A stretch of 64,000 bases of DNA. It comes from Trichosphaerium sp. ATCC 40318. Its lineage: Eukaryota; Protista; Tubulinea. The translations under genes were made by a program, and so were the position numbers. The stretch's first letter is position 1, and each line of letters begins with the position of its first letter. Location of the stretch: positions 124,001 to 188,000 of the forward strand of contig JALMLS010000361.1 in assembly GCA_038496445.1 (NCBI GenBank), in the 5' to 3' direction. Of this stretch, positions 1 through 14,004 are shown in pieces. The notes under the pieces were generated by a model, which saw nothing but the letters and a program-made list of their open reading frames with translations, ran no database searches and was not told the origin of the DNA.

Positions 1-1687
1 ATCAAAGCAAAGTCAGCGAAATACCAAACTGCTGGATCTCCTACTTACGATGTAACATTAAACGAACACTCAATCGTCGAACCACTTCCTGATGATCCTG
101 CAATTCCAAAAATGAACTGCAAGTTCACACCAATAGTAGATCTGCCGAAACTCACATTACCATCAATCACTGATGTCCTTGGAGTTCTACGGTATGCAAA
201 GAACTTCTAATAATCTTAGTGCTTACTTTGAAATAACTAGAGATGTTGGTCCTGTTGCAGATGTCGATACAAAGAGAGGCCTATGTCCTAGACGTACAAT
301 GGATGTTGTTGATACTACTTCAGCGATAAGTGTCACACTTTGGGGAGCTACAGCCAATCAATTCAAAGGAAACCAAGGAGACATTGTCATTCTAAAGAAC
401 ATTCGTGTCACTGACTTTAATCGTACGCAATTTGTAGCTTTTGTTGACGTATTATTTTCTTACTTGGTACCTAGAATGCTCACTTGCAGCTAATCCAAGC
501 ACTTCTATTATCATCAATCCAAACGTATCTGAGGTTGACGCCCTTCGCCAATGGGTCCAAACGCAAAGTTTTGATGCTCTATTCAGTATTCCAAGCGTTT
601 CGTCAAAAGGCGTTTCACCAACAAAGTACTAACCAACAGAACCATTACGCAATCTTTCTCACGTGCCTCTTAGGACACCTCTTAATAACAAACCGGCACC
701 AGAAATTACACTCGGAGAACTCACACCTGAACGTGTAGCAAAGGAGCAATACTTTGACGTATCAGGTATGTCTAATTCTGTTCTCGAAGTTGTTTAATCT
801 CACTCTTTGTCAAGTGGCTATCAAGGGATTTGGTAAGAATAGCATGCACTACGAAGGATGTCCTACTTGTAATAAGAAGGTATTGATGGACGATATGAAC
901 CTGTATTACTGCTCAAAGTGCAATGCACAATTTCCAAAACCTGCCTTGAGATATATCTTGTCTGTTCAAGTATGTGATCACACAGGATCCCAATGGTAAG
1001 TGGCTACCAAATCGTTGTTATCTAACTATCATACAGGATGCGTTGCTTTAATGATACTGCTCTTCAGATTCTGGGAGAGCAAAATACTGCGGAACACATG
1101 CAACAACTTCGAGAACAGAACGAAGAAATGTTTGATAAAATACTTGATGACTTAAAGTACAAAGTTCTTACTTTGCGTATCAAAGCAACCTCTGATGTTC
1201 AAGATGATGGGACACCAAGAATGAATATTATCATTTGCAACTCAACGTATGTAGCCTACATATTCAGACATGTGCTAACTTTTGTAGTGATATCAACTTC
1301 AGTGACAGAGGTCAAAACCTACTAGCTATGATTCAAAACGCAGGCACTCTGTCAGACGCACCTCCTCAAAATCAGAATCAAGTTCAACACAACCAAGGCA
1401 ACAACGGACAACACGTCCAAATACCAGATTCTGGGATCTATCCAGATGGTCAGCAGGTGATCAACTTTCAACAGGCACCTCAGCAACAGCAACAGGGCAT
1501 GTACCCTCAACAGCCTCAACAGCCCCAACAGCATCAACAGCAACAGTTTGTATCAGGTGCCCAATATCCGCAACAAGTTCAGCAGATGCAACACGTGCAA
1601 GGGCCAAACTTTGCTCATCCTGGCAACGCTCAACCTGTATCGCATCCTCAACAAAACCCTGTACAAAGGCGCATATTCTCAGCTTAG
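1..1687 (+). CDS. RPA1: Replication protein A 70 kDa subunit (5' truncated by window), multi-exon
   Basis: OB-fold motifs (VDTTSAISVTLWG, LKNIRVTDFN, IINP..EVDALRQW), Zn ribbon CPTCNKKV...YCSKCN and RYILSVQVCDHTGSQW; Q-rich tail ending at TAG 1687. Confidence 0.93.
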
Positions 1688-1882
1688 TGCTTGAAATGCT
1701 TCCAAATTGTTAAATAAAATTAGACTTGTACAAACACAGCTTCGTTATGAACCGCGTCTCAGTGATATTAAGTAAAATATTTTAGATAACAAAGACATTT
1801 GTTTCAGGTTACGGCAGAAACCCTGCTAATGGTACATCATTTTTTTTTTCAATTCTGTTTTCGAATAAAAACACATAATACT

Positions 1883-3312
1883 TTACAACAAATTACACGA
1901 TTTCTTCATCTTGTGAGATACACTCGCTGACCTAGATCTTGCTTTCCTTGACTCTACTTCATAATCTGCACCACTCTTCTTTGTTTGATTACTTGAACCT
2001 CTAACTAATCTTATAACAGCGAAGAAGCATGCTTGGATATTATCTTCTGTTTTTGCGCTTGTCTCTATTAATTTTAAGTGATGACTTTTTGCATATTCTA
2101 AAGCCTCAGCCATTGGAACTTGTCTATGTTGACTAAGATCACACTTATTTCCTGCAACTACTATTGGCACATCCACACAGTCTTTAGCACGAAGGATATT
2201 TTCGCGTATTTCATCTACTTTTTCGAATGTCTCACGGTCTGTTATGTCCTGTTAAAGTAAAGTAAGAGAAAATACAGCCAAAAAAAACCATTGTGAATAA
2301 AACAACCCGGACTTGTAGAAAAGGTTGGACAAATTTATGAAATATTGCTTACCGCGGAGGTAAAAAAAGCACGAATCGCGGAAAGCGAACTTCCATTAAC
2401 AAGAAAAGGCAAAAAAAAAATGCTGTTTAGTTTTAGCAGACTTTTTGTCATCAAAATACTATTTGCGTGATAGGTGTGGTAATAAACAATCTCATACAAA
2501 TGATACCAAAAATAAAAAACGGTAAGGTGTTTTGTAAGTAAAACAAAAAAGATAAAAATAACACGATCACGTGTACGATAAGTACAAGCATCTCCAACAC
2601 GAATCAGTACAAGTGTGTTATTTTTATCTCTCCACTTGATATTAATTTGTAATCCTACGTATACTATCACAAAGCCTTGTCCTTGTTTAAGATAATAATG
2701 CTCCATTGCAGAGTATTCTTCACTTCCTGCTGTATCGAGAATCTGAGTTTCAAGAGAGAAAACAGTTAGTAAAAAAAAAATAAAAAGAACGGAGATGTGA
2801 AAATTAATATTGTACATCTACTATGCAAGGCACGTTATCAATCGTCACTGGTTTACGGTAACTAAAATACCGTCAAATCGATAAACTGTTGATATGTTCT
2901 TTTTTTTTTTGTCACGTGTACTTGTCTTCAATCGTCGGATCTTGAAAAAAATCAAAATTAAATTACAATTCGAAAAAAAACGTTAACGGTCATCAGTATG
3001 TACCATAGCGCTCCACAAATGTCCCAATCGTAAATCTTAAAGTAAGGGAAGACTTGCCTATAATAAAAGGTAAGAGTAATGAATGCGTTTTATAAAGCGC
3101 CAGGCGTAGTCTCAAAGATGAAAGAGCTAATTATGAAGTTTGTGGTAAATCATCATTTTATTGGTGGACGAGTTTTTATCGAACGAGAACGTACCAACAC
3201 CAGCCGTGCCTTTCATAGCTACTTTAATGATTTGGTGCGTGCTAGCTGATGTATTTCTTCTTCTGCCTCTTACACTGCCATAGCCGGTTTTTAATTTCCC
3301 GTACATAGACAT
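1883..3312 (-). CDS. Ras-family small GTPase with N-terminal extension and CAAX box
   Basis: Spliced exons give GTAGVGKS (G1), YDPTIEDNY (effector loop), DTAGSEEY (G3), NKCD (G4), ETSAK (G5) and C-terminal CNLL. Includes a 19-nt microexon at 2922-2940. Confidence 0.93.
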
Positions 3313-3634
3313 TACAAAAGGGGTGATAGGTAATCTACAAAGTACGTGACTTAGCGTGAATTGCTTTTTTTTTGTTTTCACAACCTATCCCTCTAAGAAG
3401 CCACAGACTGCTATAAAAACGCATGAATACGCGAGAAAAGCTTATTTTAAACATCAAAGACGCATTATAAGTGACTTTAAATCAAATAGTCTAAAAACTG
3501 CATCCAGGTAGTAACGAAACCAGTTTTTTTTATTATTACAAGGCGGTAAATGCTTTAAAAATTGTGGTACAATTCTTAGCCTTTTTTTTGAATAATTGAC
3601 ATCATCCGCCTTGGTGATGCAAGTTATGAGCTTC

Positions 3635-5503
3635 TTAGTTCTCCTTCAAAACAAACATAAGTAAGAGAGTTCAAGGAAGCTAAAGTAGTGCTTTGTGCAA
3701 GTTCGAGGTTTCGTGAAAAAGCGGGAGAAAAAAGAAAATACGTACAACGCTTGAAAGAGGTTGATAAGCAGGCTCAGATTTACGCTTAATGATGAAGTAT
3801 ACAAGTGCAATAAGAGCACCGACTCCTAAAACGCAAGCGATGACAATACCAGCGATAACACTACCAGGTAGACCTTTCTTAGAAGGTGGTGGTGTTGATC
3901 CAGCAGTTGGGGCTGCAGGAGGAGGAGTAGTTGGTGCGTTTTCGGCAACTACGGCAGTAACTTCGAACTCGCTGAAAGCTTTTAAAAAGTGTGAGCTCAA
4001 GTCGTATAAAGTGTATCATTGACATACCTCCACCTGATACCAAAGCTTTAAGGTCAGTGAGAAGCTTTTCTTCAGTAGTATCAATGAGAGAAGCATTGAC
4101 AAAAATCGTTATTACAGGAAGTGGTGCTGTAGGAGCAACGGTTGTGTTGGCTGGTACTGATGGAGTAGCGGTAGTTGGAGGAACAGTTGAGTTGCTTGGT
4201 ACTGATGGAGTAGCGGTAGTTGGAGGAACAGTTGAGTTAGTTGGTACTGATGGAGTAGCGGTAGTTGGAGGAACGGTTGTGTTGGCTGATTGCGATGGAG
4301 TAGCGGTTGTTGGGGGAACGGTTGAGTTGCTTGGTTCTGATGGAGTAGCGGTAGTTGGAGGAACAGTTGTTGTGTTTTCTGTAGAACGCTTAGTTGCAGC
4401 TGTAGGAGACTCGGTTGTTGGTGGTTCGCTTGATGGTGGGGCAGTGGTTGGAGCATCTGTTGTTGGTGCATCCGTAGTTGGAGCACTTGTGGTTGGAGCA
4501 TCTGTAGTTGGAGCGCCTGTTGTTGGTGCATCTGTAGTTGGAGCGCCTGTTGTTGGTGCATCTGTAGTTGGAGCGCCGGTTGTTGGAGGAACGGTCGTGT
4601 TAGCTGGTACTGGAGCAACAGTTGTGTTACCTGGCACTGGAGCAACGGTTGTGTTACCTGGTGTTGGAGCAACAGTTGTGTTGCCTGGTACTGGAGCAAC
4701 AGTTGTGTTACTAGGTGTTGGAGCAACAGTTGTGTTACTTGGTGTTGGAGCAACGGTGGTGTTGCTTGGCACTGTTGGGGCAACAGTTGTGTTACTAGGT
4801 TCTGGTGTAGGTGGTGGAGTAGGTTTGCACGGATTGTATCCACCAAAAGAGTAGGCGTCTTCCAGTTGCTTTGTTTCGCGAGCCAAAAGTGGCAAGAAAT
4901 CCTCAAAGTTCTCAGGGCATTTTTCTACCGTGAATGTAAGGTAAAAGTCCCGTAGTGGAACAGTTGGAGCTACAGTTGTTGGAGCAACGGTTGTGTTGGC
5001 TGGGTGTGTTGGAGGGACGGTTGTGTTGGCTGGGTGTGTTGGAGGGACAGTTGTGTTGCTTGGTGCTGATGGAGTAACAGTAGTTGGAGGAACAATTGAG
5101 TTAGTTGGTACTGATGGAGTAGCAGTAGTTGGAGGAACGGTTGAGTTACTTGGTACTGATGGAGTAACGGTAGTTGGAGGAACAATTGAGTTAGTTGATG
5201 GAGTAGCGGTAGTTGGAGGAACAGTTGAGTTGCTTGGTTCTGATGGGCTAACGGTAGTTGGTGGAACGGCTGTGTTTGTTTGATCTATTATGTTGTTAAC
5301 TTTTTGCGTTACACAAACCGTTCCCAAATTTGCATTTGTTCATGGCAAAAAGAAAAGGAAAAGTACTATTCATGGTCTTAAAACAAGTGTGTGTACGTAC
5401 CATCAGTAGATAGTCTGTTTTGGTTGTTTGAACTTGAGTACGCGGTAACAGTTGTACACAATACTGCAAGAGCTAGAGCTAGAAAAAAAGAGCGGGAGAT
5501 CAT
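3635..5503 (-). CDS. Mucin-like type I membrane glycoprotein (Pro/Thr-rich)
   Basis: Signal peptide MISRSFFLALALAVLCTTVTA, long PT repeats with many NxT sequons, TM segment VIAGIVIACVLGVGALIALVYFII, short tail KRKSEPAYQPLSSVEN. Confidence 0.88.
4125..5275 (-). repeat. Coding minisatellites: NSTVPPTTATPSxP, TTDAP/TTGAP and NTTVAPxPG units
   Basis: Directly visible tandem units of about 45, 15 and 27 bp, in blocks separated by a non-repetitive segment at ~4810-4960. Confidence 0.95.
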
Positions 5504-5721
5504 GGTCTCAGAGTTGCTTCGTGTTTTGCCGAACAGTTTAAAATGAAGACAATTTTTTGACTAAATCCGGATTATGTTCCACAACATTTCTCAAATATTA
5601 ATATACTCAACAGTCGCGTCACACCAAACTACAAATTTGTTTTTCGTGAGATGCTTTTTGGTAGGCCTTAACCAATAGTGCTTAAGTTGTTCCCCAAAAA
5701 AAATAAACAACAAAGTTCGGA

Positions 5722-7706
5722 ATGCTTGGGGTGTTAGGGTACTTGGTCGAAAAGGCGCCATTGTTGTTAGGTTATGAGCTGCATTTCGTTATTGAAGCAG
5801 TCATGTTTGCGCTGATTATCTACTTGTTTTTACAACGCCGCTACAAAGTGAAAGAAGAATCAGAGAGCCTCACTGAGTCTGTATGCGCCCCAACCAAAAA
5901 AAAAGTGTAACTAAAACATTTCGTAGGAAGTACAAGAGTTAATTACAAGTTGGAAACCACAACCACTAGTACCAAAAACGGTTGTAGGTGAGCAAACGGC
6001 TCGTCACGAATTGGTAAGTGTTAGTTTGCCCGAATTGTCACAAAGCGATTCTGCAGCTCTGTCTCACAATGTTTAGGTCGTAGACGGTGCCAATGGTAGA
6101 CAAATCACTGCTAATGGAGTCCAATACTTGAGTTTCGTTTGTGGAAGCGTACTTGGCTTGCACACTCATCCAGAGGTTATAAACGCGGCTACGTCATGCA
6201 TGGACGACTATGGCGTCGGAAGTTGCGGTCCAAGAGGTTTTTACGGCTCTTTGGCTCCACACGAAAATTTGGAAAGCCGCGCAGCGACTTTCATGAACAC
6301 TGATGGCTCAGTTTTGTTTTCTAACAACTTTGCAAACATTTCATCAGTATGCCACATTTTGTACTATAATGACTGGTGTTAATCCTTCTGTTAGGTTATA
6401 CCAGCGCTAGCAAATTGCGATGATATACTCATAGTGTACGCAAACACTTTTGTTTTTTTATTCCTCTGTGTTAATTTACGGCCCTTGTGTTTATTGTTGT
6501 GTAGTGATAAGGCCGTCACACTTGCTGTACAAATAGGTTGCAAGTTATCTCGCGCAAATTTGAATTGGTTCGCTCATAATGATGTCAAGGATCTAGAGCG
6601 CGTATGTCTTGATTTAAATTATGTTTTTAATGTTTATACGGTGTTAGGTATTACAATCTTTCCAAGAGCATTTCAAGGCAAAGCGTAAACGTATATGGGT
6701 TGTGTTAGAAGGCATTTACAAAAACACTGGAGGTTAGTAGCAGGTTTTGAAAATGATTTACAAAATGAAACAAGTATTTTTTTGAAACGAAATTAACTTT
6801 TTTGTAGACATCGCACCACTCCCTGCTATTATGGAACTAAAGAAAAACTGGCCATTCCGATTGATGATCGACGAGACGGTTTCTTTCGGTGTCTTAGGAG
6901 ATAGTGGTCGCGGAATATCTGAGCATTTCAACATTGACGTACTAAGCCATTAGTAAACAGTTTTCAAAATGCTCACTATTGTCGTAGAGTAAAGATATTG
7001 AAATCATCACTGCTGGTATTGCAAACTCAGTAGGTTGCTCAGGAGGTTTGGCATGGGGTAATAAAGCTCTTGTTCACCACATGGTACGCGTAGTAATAAA
7101 ATTTTTTATCATTATTATTATGTTAAAACTTTTTTTTTTCAATAGCGACTAAACTGCAGTGGTTATGTATTCTCTTGCTCTCTACCACCATTTGTATCAG
7201 CTGCAGCTTCAAAAGCTATTGATCTTATCGAAGGCGGCACTCTACAAATACCTCTTAAGGCTAGATTAAGACAAATATACCAAGGTACTTACCTTTCTTT
7301 TGAAAAAAATTTGAAGAAGAACGCATGTTCTAACTTGTATTTTAGCGATTCCAAGCATCCAAGGATTAAAGTGTACATCTAAATTTCCTTCACCTCTCAT
7401 ACACCTTCGCTTGGCTGAGCCTTCAGTCTCTGTTGAAACAGATAAACAAGTTTTACAAAAAATCGAAGCAATGCTACAACAAAATAATATTTTGGTGCAA
7501 TCTAGTAATTACTCTGATATGGAGAGGTATGGCACAATTTTTTCTCATTTGAGAAAGTTGATCAACTACTCACGTCTGTTTTTTGTAGATTTGAACCACC
7601 ACCATCTATCATGGTTCGCGTGATGGCGCAACATACAGAAGAAGATATTGTTAAATGTGTAGATGCTCTTCGTGACGCCACCAAATCTGTTCTGGCTGAT
7701 CAATAA
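5722..7706 (+). CDS. SPTLC1: Serine palmitoyltransferase subunit 1 (LCB1)
   Basis: N-terminal TM, WKPQPLVP, YGVGSCGPRGFYG, RLMIDETVSFGVLGDSGRG and RLNCSGYVFSCSLPP; canonical GT-AG introns. Confidence 0.93.
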
Positions 7707-7901
7707 ACGCTAACTTAATCATTGCTGGCATTTTTGAAGTGCTTGTAAGATTAAATTTGTAGAATGTAGAGTTTGTAATGAAGTTGTAGTGTAGATCTAA
7801 ATAGCCGCAAACAACATTTGTGTTCTGACATTAAGCAAGGAAATTGACGCTTCGCTCTTAATTTTTTTTGTAAAACAACAGATTTTATTCGTTACAACAC
7901 C

Positions 7902-10900
7902 ATGGCAGGTGCAAGCCCAGATGAATTAGAGGCTCTACGCATAACTGCCATGCGTACTATGTTAGGAACAGAAAAAGAGGAAGGAGAGCTGTCTGATGAC
8001 GAAACAGCCGCTGAGATACGCCCTGCACTCTCGAGAGACAAGAAAAGAGGTGCTCAGACGCGTTTTTCAAATCAGCGCAGGATCATTTCTACATCAACAA
8101 ATGTCGATGACGTTGACTTTTCAGAGCTATTGGAGGCGCACAATACTGCACAGATAGTAAACCAACGAAAAGAAAGGATTGAACAAGAAAAGTAAGGTTT
8201 ATACATTGTTATTATTGGCTGATACCAATCCATTAGAAAAGTAGACGAGAGGACTGTGACTGCATCTCGCTTATTGACAAGGTAAATAAAATTTTTGGTG
8301 CTATTTGACGTTATGAAAGCGTAGAGAACCGTGTAGGAGCTGTGTACAACAGCGTAACCAAAATGTGAAACTTTACAAAACTAATCTTTTTCAGGGCGTC
8401 TGTAGGCACTCGAGCGTACGCACAAAACGACACAAGTGCCAGTGGGAGCCAAGGAAATCAACAAAACAAACAAAATTTCAGCAACGCTTCAACATCTCGT
8501 GAGTTTTTGCCTTTAGTAACGCCACTGCTTATACTATTCTAGCTGTAGAATTCGCGGAGCCACCACTAACTCAGACAGTCGACATGGACACGGATGATGA
8601 CCCAAGCGACGCTTCTTATTATAACGTAATACCAAGCTCTCTTAAAAATACAGAAGCAAATAGCTCTATACATGGCAATGGCTCTGAAGCCACCACGAGT
8701 GCTGCAGATCCTATGCAAATTGAAAAAAAGTATGGAAAGAAAATATCATTTATTACATCCTCACGATGTGTAGGCGACCTAGAAGAGATAATAGAAACCC
8801 ATTTATCATTACCATCGGGGAGGATTCTTCAGAGTCTTCAGACGAAGAACAAGATGCTGACTACGAGCAACGTGCTGTTTCTGTCTTAGATGCTATTAAA
8901 TTACAACTCAGTAAGCAAGAGAAGGCTGGAGCGTCTAGTGGCAACAATTTTACTCCACTCCAAGCTAAACGAAACGAGCTGAGCAACCAAGAGCGTATAC
9001 GCAAGATGAAGGAGGAGATAGCAAGACGAGAACAAGAATTGGCGAGAAGAAAAGGTCTCACAGCGAAAAGAATGTCAAAATCAATGACTGGCGGGTCAGC
9101 AAAAAAGAATAATACGTCTCTAGTTACCCAAGGATCAAAGCCAACAACAAAAAGAGCTGCATCACCCACAGTTAGTTCATCAACGAATCAGACCAAGGCC
9201 ACCTCTAACGGAACTGGGTCAAGAAAACAGGGACCACCAAAAACTGGTATTAAACGCAAGGCGTCAGCTATTGAACCATTGATGAGTAACGGAAGCAATA
9301 CAAATAACCCTCAAAAGAAGCGAAGTATTCAACCACAAAGTGCGAGTAAGCGAACACCAACAGGAATTACACCAAAGCGATCACTTGCGCGTTCTCATGA
9401 TAAAGAAACTACCAATGTTAACAGACGATCCAAAGACATTGCTTCAACAACACAAAAAATCGATGACTTGGAACAAGAACTCAATGTACTACGACGAGAA
9501 CTCTCAATTAAGCGCGATAAGGAAATAGAGAGCAACAAAGAAGAAACTCATTTCAGAGACAAGATTGATGCTTCTATTGTTTCTCAGCGTATCGTGCGAG
9601 CTGAGATTAGTTACCTTCAAGGAAAATTGGAAGAGCATGAACGTAATGAAGACAATTACCGAAAGGAATTACGTATTATCTCACGTGATCGTGAGCGTAT
9701 CAAACGTTCAATTGTTAGATACCAAGATGATATTGAACACACCACAGCAACTCTTGATAAGGCAAAGATCAAGTTAGAAAAGCTTGATATTGAAGAAAAG
9801 ATTTTACAGTCTGCAGCAAAAAATTATAAAACACTTCTAGCAGCAAATCGTGCGCCTGGTACGAACATCAGTTGTTCAATCATTCACGTTTTAATACTTT
9901 GTATTACTAGATGCGCCTGTACAAGCTCAAACAGTAGGGAGCAATAATAGATCAATAAGTCAAGATGTAGAGATGACGCCGGCACCACCGCTTCGACCCC
10001 CACAGCCACCGGAACCTAAGCAGCCACCATCTACTAAAGTTAATCCGCCTACAACAACTAAATCCACAGCAAAGGAGTCCAATACAACACAAAAGACTGT
10101 TGCTGCTCCCAGTGTTGTATCAAAGGCTACCAAACAGCCTACTAGCAAAGCTCCTGCGCCTTCCAAACCGAAGAAGTCAATTCCAGCAAAGCGCTCTACT
10201 AGTAAAGCGCCACGGCCTTCTATAGCTAAGAAGCCACAGCCTGCAAGGAAGAAAAGTGTACCAAAAGGAAAAAAACAAGTAACTCCTGCACCCAAGAAAG
10301 TACCACGGAATCCTCTGTTCGAAGCTTCATTACCTCCTCACTTGTTGATGGTACGTTCTACTGTCTAACAAACACTGGTTAATATAACATTCATAGAGCA
10401 TCGACAAGCTATCACAAGATGCATCCCCTTTTTGTATTTTAGGTGGAAAGCAATATGAGCAACAAAGTAACGCCAACGAAGAGTTTCATTTTGATCTTGA
10501 TTCTGAAAATCTACCAGAAGTGCGATTTTTAACTTTTTTTTGGTTTTGATTCAGAATTGTAATTTAACTTTATACTTAGGCAGCGCAAGAAAATACAACA
10601 CCTCTTTTGGGTATTAAGTCGTACAGGTTAAATCCTAGTTTCTCTAGTCCTTTAACTTCAAAGACGTATTCCAATAAGATTGATCCATTTAATATTCTTT
10701 GTCGTTTTGATTTACATGGAACGTGCCAAGATGCTGAATGCCCATGGTACCATTTTTGTGTATTTTTAAACTATTTAACTTTCTATTGTCTAGGCAACAC
10801 GAACGCGACTATACACTTTCTGATGACGAACTTTTACAAGATATCGCTAGCTATGTCCATATTCGAGGTACTGTACACTTCACAGATATGGTATAATGAC

Positions 10901-13900
10901 ATGTAACGATAGGAGAGAAACCTCCTTCTGAAGGTCTCAAAAAGATTGTGGAGAAGGTTCAAACACAGTACAGATATGCGCCAATTGAAGAGCAATCAAG
11001 AAGAGTACGTAATTTACAATCCACTCAAGCGATTATTCTTATTGAAGTAGGTTGTACAACTTGTTAATGATATGCGCACTAAGTCCAAGAAATCAACTTA
11101 TACTGTCCTCGGAAAACGAAAGAAGCGCGTTATACCTGGTAATAGGAATAGAAAGCAGCGTCGTGCTACAAGAAATACTAGCTTTGAAATTCCACGAGTC
11201 TCTCAAAAACCTCAAGAGCGATCAAACACATCTACACCTGTGCAAGTCAGTGAATCTAGTAATCCTTCAGATTGGCTTAAAGAAGATTTTGTCCCAACTA
11301 ATGTAACTGGTGCACCTACAGTTCAAGTTACAGCTCACCGCTACTTCGAACCAAAATACACAGAACAAGAATTTGACGAACTTGTTGCATCTGGGAAGCA
11401 GATATCTGTATCTTTGTTTCTTCGATATGCCCTAGAAGTGGTTGGTGGAGAGCTTCGAATTTTCTTACCTCTAGATAAACGAGATAAAGCCTTGCACATT
11501 CTAAGCAGAGCATTGGAAGTTGAAGGGAATAGAAGTTCTCTTATTTTATGGTACACTTTTCTTTTTCTGAGTACCTCTTTATGTTCTTACATTATTTTTA
11601 GGTATGCTTATCTCAAGTTGTTTGGCCCTCGTGCAGCTACAACTGATGAGCTTATGATGCTTATTAAGCAAGGCATGCGACATTGTAATAATCATCCTCT
11701 ATTATGGGAGTTATACATAGATGCAGCGCCTAACCTTGTAGAAAAGCGCAAGGCTTTTCAACTTGCCCTTAATACAATGCTTCAAACAAAATATGCCAAC
11801 AAAACCAATACATCATTTACGGTAAGTTCGGTGTCTTCAAAGCTCTTGCTAATGTATATGTAGTGCCTAAAGATAATCACAGACATGGCACGTTGTGAAT
11901 TCCAGGCGGGTTACAGAGATGAAACACTTGGCTTGCTTCTAAAATGCTTAAATGCAAAGAAAAGTAACGATAATACGTTGCTTATTGCTGGAGATCGTAT
12001 ACTATTAGCGTTATGTTACATACAATACTTATGCTTCAATCAAGAAGTAACACCAGCGTTTCTTAAGTATGCTGTGGTAAGTACCAAAATTGATTATGTA
12101 ACCACTGACTTTCTCATAGACGAGCCGCAATCCTGATATTATGCATCCTAGATGGGAACTGAATTGGTAAGATAACTATCAGGTGGTCGTATTTTAACTC
12201 TGTTTACAGGCAAGATATCTTTACGAATGAGGCTGATTCCACCGCAACTAAGCTTGGATTACCTCTTACTGCAATACGAAAGTGTTTTGAAGATATCCTC
12301 TCCACTTTCACAGTACCCGTGCGTTAGCCCTTCTTTTCCTTTTGAATCATTTGTGACGCTTTAATTTTAGGTGGTGAGACATTGCAGCGACATTGTTGTC
12401 AATTACATTTTGATGGAGATGCATGCTGGTAACAGAGAAAAATGCCGAGGTCTTTGTCAGCGCTTTGTTAAACAAGATCCAACAATAGAGTACTTGTGGG
12501 ATATTTATACGCGTGTGGAACAGGTACTGTTTCATTCCATTACTACTAAATTCTTACATTTCTGCCAGACTATTGGTCATCAGAATGTAGCAGCTCTTAT
12601 CTTTGAAAAAGCAGTACTTGGTTACCCTCACTACTACCAATTGCGTCATCGCTATGCTTGCTTGTATTTATCAAAAGGGAATGCATTGAAAGCGATTGAT
12701 ATTATGGGAAAATGTGTTTATAGCAAGACTGTAGATAAGGTCACACCTGATCCTGAAAATACACAACTGCTACGTAGTGTATACGCAAAGCTTCTACAAG
12801 TTGATACTCCATTGGCATCCAAATGTCCTTATGAACTCAAAGATGGTACGTCAACATAAGCATTTATTTTAATCATTCATTTATTTCTTACTTGTGGAAA
12901 TTAGATGAGAATTTGAGTAAAAATGTTTGGTTGTGGCTGAATTATTGTGTCCTTGAATGTATGGTTCCAGACAACGAGAAAAATATCGATAAAACCTTTG
13001 ATGCTGCGATTATACGGCTCAAGGGTGATAAATACGCTCAAGGACTCGTATGGCAAAGGTATTTCTGCGCCAATATTTCATTTTCACTCAAAATACTTTC
13101 AAGGTATGTAAAGTTCCACCTGGCCTACAAATCCAACCACCAAGATGTGAGTAAGATAGTAAATGCATACTTGACTAGTCTATCGCCAGGTACAGCAAAA
13201 GTACATTACGTTTGTTTTCGTTAACAGTAACTTTGTAGAAGCCGAAGGCGTTCATCAGATTATGATTGGTGATACTGGATCTAAGCTCGAACCCGACATA
13301 GTCAAGGGCATATTACACGCTGAAACAATAAAGGTACATTTAGTTTCCTCAAGATATAAATTCGATTACTTAATGGGAGCCTTGGTTTAGGACTTCACTG
13401 TACATAATTCCATGTTGGAGGCTTTGTTGTCAACATTGTCTCTTGATAAGCACGGATACGTTTACTGGGACGCTATGAAATGCTTCCCAGATAACGAAGG
13501 TCTTATTATGGCAACAGCAAGTTATGAGATTCAAAGGGAACAGTGGTACGTTAACTCAGTTACTCACAAGGTTATTACTACTTTATCTGACATGTGCTAG
13601 GCGAAACGCAAAGTTTATCTTGCGAACATTTACAAAACGCAACCCGAAAGCTATTAAAGCTTGGAAAACGTGCAAAAATTATATTGTCCTATTTAGTCAT
13701 TTAAAACCTTTTTTTTTAGTGCTATTGTAATTGAGTCCAACCTTGAACAGGCTCTTACCATTGCAGAATCTGCAACACAGAAGAACCCTTTGAGCACGAC
13801 CCTTTGGCAAATACGAATACAGTTAGCTGCCACGATAGGACGTGACAAAGCTAGAGAAGTTGCAGAGCAAGCCCAAAAACTCGGCGTTAAACTAATCCCT

Positions 13901-14004
13901 CTTTCAACGAATTCTGGTTCTAATCGTAGTCAAGTACGTCAGTGTTGAGCTAGGACAGCGCTTTGACGCATGTCGTGTAGGCGACAAGTGTTGGGCGAGT
14001 ATGA
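7902..14004 (+). CDS. ZFC3H1: Zinc finger C3H1 protein (PAXT/MTREC Red1-like) with coiled coil and HAT/TPR-like repeats
   Basis: KEEGELSDDE motif, coiled coil, YSNKIDPFNILCRFDLHGTCQDAECPWQH zinc finger and a helical-repeat C-terminus. Stop is at 14004 if intron 13934-13980 is spliced, otherwise at 13948. Confidence 0.85.

Noticed and set aside
4125-5275. Repeat array as CRISPR
   Set aside because: The units are in-frame coding repeats without unique spacers, and there are no cas genes.
3991-5283. Long + strand Val/Gly-rich ORFs and alternative-frame Q/L ORFs
   Set aside because: These are antisense or frame shadows of the mucin repeats.
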